This document shows positions 37,483 to 40,562 of a DNA stretch of 40,562 nt, piece after piece. Positions within the stretch are counted from its first letter, which is position 1; each line of letters starts with the position of its first letter. Source of the DNA: Verrucomicrobiales bacterium (GTDB taxonomy: Bacteria > Verrucomicrobiota > Verrucomicrobiia > Verrucomicrobiales > SLCJ01). The notes under the pieces were generated by a model, which saw only the letters and a list, made by a program, of their open reading frames with translations, did no database searches and was not told the origin of the DNA. The translations under genes and the position numbers were made by a program. The stretch is taken from the NCBI GenBank assembly GCA_024636835.1, contig JAGXGH010000005.1:1-40562 (forward strand), written 5' to 3'.

Positions 37483-38667
37483 ATGATCATCCAACCGAAA
37501 ATCCGTGGTTTCATTTGCACCACATCTCATCCAGACGGCTGCGAGGCCAACGTCCGCGAGCAAGTTGCTTACGTGAAGTCCAAGGGCGAAATCTCCGACG
37601 GCCCAAAACGTGTGCTCGTTCTTGGATCGTCCACCGGCTACGGTTTGTCGTCACGCATCGTTCCTGCCTTCGGTTGTGGAGCATCCACCATCGGTGTGTT
37701 TTTCGAAAAAGAGGGAACCGACCGTAAGCCAGGCACCGCAGGATGGTATAACGCCGTAGCGTTTGAAAAGGTCGCCAATGAGCAAGGCCTCTATGCCAAA
37801 AGCTTCAACGGCGATGCCTTCGGTCACGAGATGAAGAAAACGGTCATTGATACGATCAAAGAAGATCTCGGTCAGGTGGACATGGTGATTTATTCGCTCG
37901 CATCGCCGCGCCGCAACGATCCGGATACTGGCGAGGCCTACCGCTCCGTTCTCAAGCCAATCGGGCACAGCTACACCAACAAAAACCTCAACACCGACAA
38001 AGCGGAGATCGAAGAAATCACCATTGAAGCAGCGAGTGAGGAAGAGATCGACCAGACCGTCAAGGTGATGGGCGGCGAAGACTGGAAGTTGTGGATCGAC
38101 GCCATGGCGGACGCCGGTGTGTTGGCGGATGGTTTTGAAACCGTGGCGTATTCCTACATCGGGCCCGAGCTGACATGGGCCATCTACACCGAAGGCACCA
38201 TCGGGGGCGCGAAACTTCATCTCGAAGAAACCGCGAAAGCCATGAATGCGCGATTCGGTGATGGCACCGCGGTGGTTTCCGTCAACAAAGCACTCGTCAC
38301 CCAGGCGAGCTCAGCGATCCCCGTCGTCCCGCTCTACATTTCTTTGCTCTACAAAGTCATGAAGGAGAAAGGAACGCACGAGGGCACCATCGAGCAAATC
38401 CAGCGACTCTTCGCCGACCACCTCTGCGCCGAAAATGGACCGACCCTGGATGACAAGGGGCGCATACGGGTTGACGATTGGGAAATGACCGAAGACGTGC
38501 AGGCTGCTGTTGCGGAAGTTTGGCCACGAGTCACCTCGGAGAACCTCATGGACGTTTCCGATTTTGGCGGATATCAGAAGGAATTCCTCAAGCTGTTTGG
38601 CTTTGGTGTGGATGGTGTGGATTACGCCGCCGATACCGAAGCCGAGCGCCCAATGCCTAGCGCCTAG
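37483..38667 (+). CDS. fabV: trans-2-enoyl-CoA/ACP reductase FabV
   Basis: 'MIIQPKIRGFICTTSHPDGCEANVREQVAYVKSKG' is the canonical FabV N-terminus. 'VLVLGSSTGYGLSSRI' is the NAD(H)-binding loop. Confidence 0.9.
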   Translation: MIIQPKIRGFICTTSHPDGCEANVREQVAYVKSKGEISDGPKRVLVLGSSTGYGLSSRIVPAFGCGASTIGVFFEKEGTDRKPGTAGWYNAVAFEKVANEQGLYAKSFNGDAFGHEMKKTVIDTIKEDLGQVDMVIYSLASPRRNDPDTGEAYRSVLKPIGHSYTNKNLNTDKAEIEEITIEAASEEEIDQTVKVMGGEDWKLWIDAMADAGVLADGFETVAYSYIGPELTWAIYTEGTIGGAKLHLEETAKAMNARFGDGTAVVSVNKALVTQASSAIPVVPLYISLLYKVMKEKGTHEGTIEQIQRLFADHLCAENGPTLDDKGRIRVDDWEMTEDVQAAVAEVWPRVTSENLMDVSDFGGYQKEFLKLFGFGVDGVDYAADTEAERPMPSA

Positions 38668-38764
38668 ATGAAATCTTGGTATTAGCATGAGTTCCTCAAG
38701 CTGTTTTGCTTCTAAGATTATTCCGTCTCAGACGTTGTGATCCATGAAATCGCCTTATTGAACC

Positions 38765-39517
38765 GTGCGTAGCATTTTTATTTTCATCATTCTGTCGCTG
38801 GTACCTTTGACCGCTAGAACTTGGACTAGCGCGGACGGCAAGAAAACCATCGATGGCGAATATGTCTCTCATACAGACGAACAAGTCGTCATTAAAAGAG
38901 GGACAAAAAATCTCACCGTTAAATACGAGTTCCTCTCCACCTTGGATAGGGAGTGGGTCGAAGACCTCGATAAAGTGTCTGATCCGGATCAATCGAGCGC
39001 CTTGGAGGATGCCGGCCGCCTCAAGACTCTGCTGGCTCTTGTCCAGCATGGCGATGGTGAGGGCACGGTGGTTCGCAAGCTGGAAAAGAACCCGCACATC
39101 GAAGCATCTCTCAGTAAAACATTTCTCGCTCGTGTGGGTCTCAATGGTTTTTTTAAAACCAAAGAAACGCTCAACGGAAAACAGTATGTGTTTCATTTCG
39201 ACTGGGATGAAAATGATCGATTGACCTGCATCACCCTGCGTTCAGAAGAATTTCCCCGGGCTGAGTTCAAGCAAGGTGTGAAAAATGCCTGGCTGGCCGG
39301 TAATAAACTGATTTCTCAATCCTACGGCGAGGCAAAGCAAACCAGTGATTTCCCACCTGTTTCCTCATTATCGCCGGATGCCAATCTCATGATCACCCAT
39401 GTCTGGCATCCGGAGGGCACGAAAAAAACCATCGCCCTATGTGTAGGTATCGATGAGGACAATGCGTTTATTGCATTGAACTATTACGACCGGTTCATCG
39501 AATTAAAGAAGTTATGA
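38765..39517 (+). CDS. Secreted hypothetical protein with an N-terminal SHD1 (SLA1-homology)-like domain. Low-GC gene with a GTG start.
   Basis: Signal peptide 'MRSIFIFIILSLVPLTA'. 'RTWTSADGKKTIDGEYVSHTDEQVVIKRGTKNLTVKYEFLSTLDREWV' matches the bacterial SHD1 pattern (RxWTDxxGK...EAEFV...DGKVxL....G....VPLxxLSxxDQEFV). GC is ~46%. Confidence 0.55.
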   Translation: MRSIFIFIILSLVPLTARTWTSADGKKTIDGEYVSHTDEQVVIKRGTKNLTVKYEFLSTLDREWVEDLDKVSDPDQSSALEDAGRLKTLLALVQHGDGEGTVVRKLEKNPHIEASLSKTFLARVGLNGFFKTKETLNGKQYVFHFDWDENDRLTCITLRSEEFPRAEFKQGVKNAWLAGNKLISQSYGEAKQTSDFPPVSSLSPDANLMITHVWHPEGTKKTIALCVGIDEDNAFIALNYYDRFIELKKL

Positions 39518-39560
39518 TTGCCTAGCATGGGTGCATCATTTCCCACTGAACTGGGTGCAT

Positions 39561-39582
39561 ACTAGATGTCAGGCATGACAAG
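39561..39582. repeat. Copy 3 of the palindrome family (ACTAGATGTCAGGCATgAcAaG)
   Basis: Direct read. The left arm is perfect and the right arm has degenerated. Confidence 0.6.
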
Positions 39583-39769
39583 CCCAGCAATGACGATGGC
39601 ACTAAACGCGATTTGCGAGCAGTGTAACGGGGGCTTTCTTCGTAGCTGCTTTTGTGAAAAAGTGGCGGGGTGGTCGCGTATAAGGGCTCTGCCCCACGCG
39701 ATTTGGTGGATGGTTCTAGGGCGGCGGGAATCGCACAGCCACGTTTTTACAAGCGCAGCTACAGGCTTA

Positions 39770-39790
39770 CTAGATGTCAGGCATCTAGTG
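39770..39790. repeat. Copy 4, a perfect 8-bp-arm hairpin palindrome ACTAGATG-tcagg-CATCTAGT
   Basis: Direct read. The arms are exact reverse complements. Confidence 0.7.
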
Positions 39791-39862
39791 GCATTAGTGT
39801 TCGTAATGGCCTGACAATGAATGAGTGGGGAGCGCGTGGCGATTTATGGGTTGGCGCAGCAT

Positions 39863-39881
39863 ACTAGATGTCGGCATCATG
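39863..39881. repeat. Copy 5 of the palindrome family (ACTAGATGTC-GGCATCAtG), with a 1-nt deletion
   Basis: Direct read. Confidence 0.6.
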
Positions 39882-40017
39882 CAGCATTGCACAGACTCCG
39901 CCTGTAGCTTCCAGCACTGAAGAGGGTTTACTGTAGGCAGCGTGGTAAAACGTGATACGATATGGCGTGACGAATGAAGATTCTCCGCATAACGAGCCGG
40001 TCAAAACTGTGGTGCTA

Positions 40018-40562
40018 AAGTTTGGTGGAGCGTCGGTGGCCAGTCCTGAGAGATTTTCCCAGATTGCCGAAATTACGGCGAAGCGCCGGGCGCAGTATGA
40101 TCAGGTGATTTGTGTGATTAGCGCCATGGGTGATACCACCAATGAACTTCAAGAGTTGGCGCTGAAGGTGAATCCTGAGCCGTCGCAACGTGAGTTCGAT
40201 ATGTTGATCTCAGTGGGCGAGCGCATCAGCGCATCGCTTCTTGCCATGGCGCTGGAGAAGATTGGTATTTCCGCGATCAGCTTTACTGGGAGTCAGGCAG
40301 GAATCATGACGACGGCTTCACATTCGGATGCGGAAATTGTCGATGTTCGCCCGACACGCCTGACGCGACATTTGGAAGAGGGACGCGTGATTGTGGTAGC
40401 TGGATTTCAAGGGGTTTCCGTCGAGGGCGATCCAGAAATCACCACGCTCGGACGTGGAGGATCGGACACCACAGCCGTGGCGTTGGCGAAAGCGTTGGGC
40501 GCATCGCACGTGGAGTTCTTCAAGGATGTGAGGGGATTCTACTCAAGCGACCCGAAGACGAA
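40018..40562 (+). CDS. lysC: Aspartate kinase (5' part; it continues beyond the window). The start is uncertain: GTG at 39961, 39976, or 40018.
   Basis: '[21 protein letters not shown]...[15 protein letters not shown]...[18 protein letters not shown]...[18 protein letters not shown]' are canonical aspartokinase motifs. The frame is open from 39958 to the window end. Confidence 0.85.

Noticed and set aside
19590-39890. Possible CRISPR array formed by the ACTAGATGTCAGGCATC repeats
   Set aside because: There are only 2-3 copies per cluster. Spacing is irregular (about 94-207 bp). The copies are self-complementary hairpins with decaying arms, and no cas genes are present. A REP-like element or operator is more parsimonious.
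39883-39960. Lysine riboswitch upstream of aspartokinase
   Set aside because: I could not identify the L-box conserved elements by eye. Only an rfam scan could decide.

Overview
High-GC (~60%) bacterial chromosome segment, most likely from a Verrucomicrobiota/PVC-group organism. The basis is two PEP-CTERM proteins ending in ...LLLRRRR, a FabV enoyl-ACP reductase, an SHD1-domain protein, a general lack of Shine-Dalgarno sequences, and frequent GTG/TTG starts. The window contains about 30 genes, grouped as follows. (1) A minus-strand block of four genes reading yqiJ/NfeD-like, then flotillin, then a GxxExxY protein, then a giant AAA_5 ATPase of more than 1650 aa that runs off the left edge of the window. 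This ORF is absent from the supplied ORF track because it has no stop inside the window; I found it by translating the minus strand by hand. (2) Housekeeping recG and htrA/degP. (3) A minus-strand operon of two paralogous dynamin-like P-loop GTPases with C-terminal membrane hairpins (a heterotypic BDLP pair, Eleos/LeoA-LeoBC-like or IniA/IniC-like), preceded by a small secreted protein and a 138-nt perfect inverted-repeat hairpin. I consider this the strongest candidate for an undescribed system here. (4) A LysR regulator divergent from an aminotransferase. (5) A trmJ-like methyltransferase. (6) A polysaccharide-utilisation-like locus under an XylR/AraC regulator, with a duplicated module of PEP-CTERM surface protein plus right-handed beta-helix glycoside hydrolase, followed by a Na+/solute symporter translationally coupled to an FAD oxidoreductase. 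(7) A TPR/Pro-rich protein with two small lipoproteins. (8) A metallophosphoesterase, aroC, a glycine-zipper lipoprotein, fabV, a low-GC SHD1-domain gene, and the start of an aspartokinase. Two large intergenic regions about 20 kb apart (19.5-19.9 kb and 39.5-39.9 kb) carry five copies of a roughly 21-bp hairpin palindrome, ACTAGATGTCAGGCATCTAGT, which looks like a REP-like element or a shared operator. All coordinates I derived by hand may be off by 1-3 nt.
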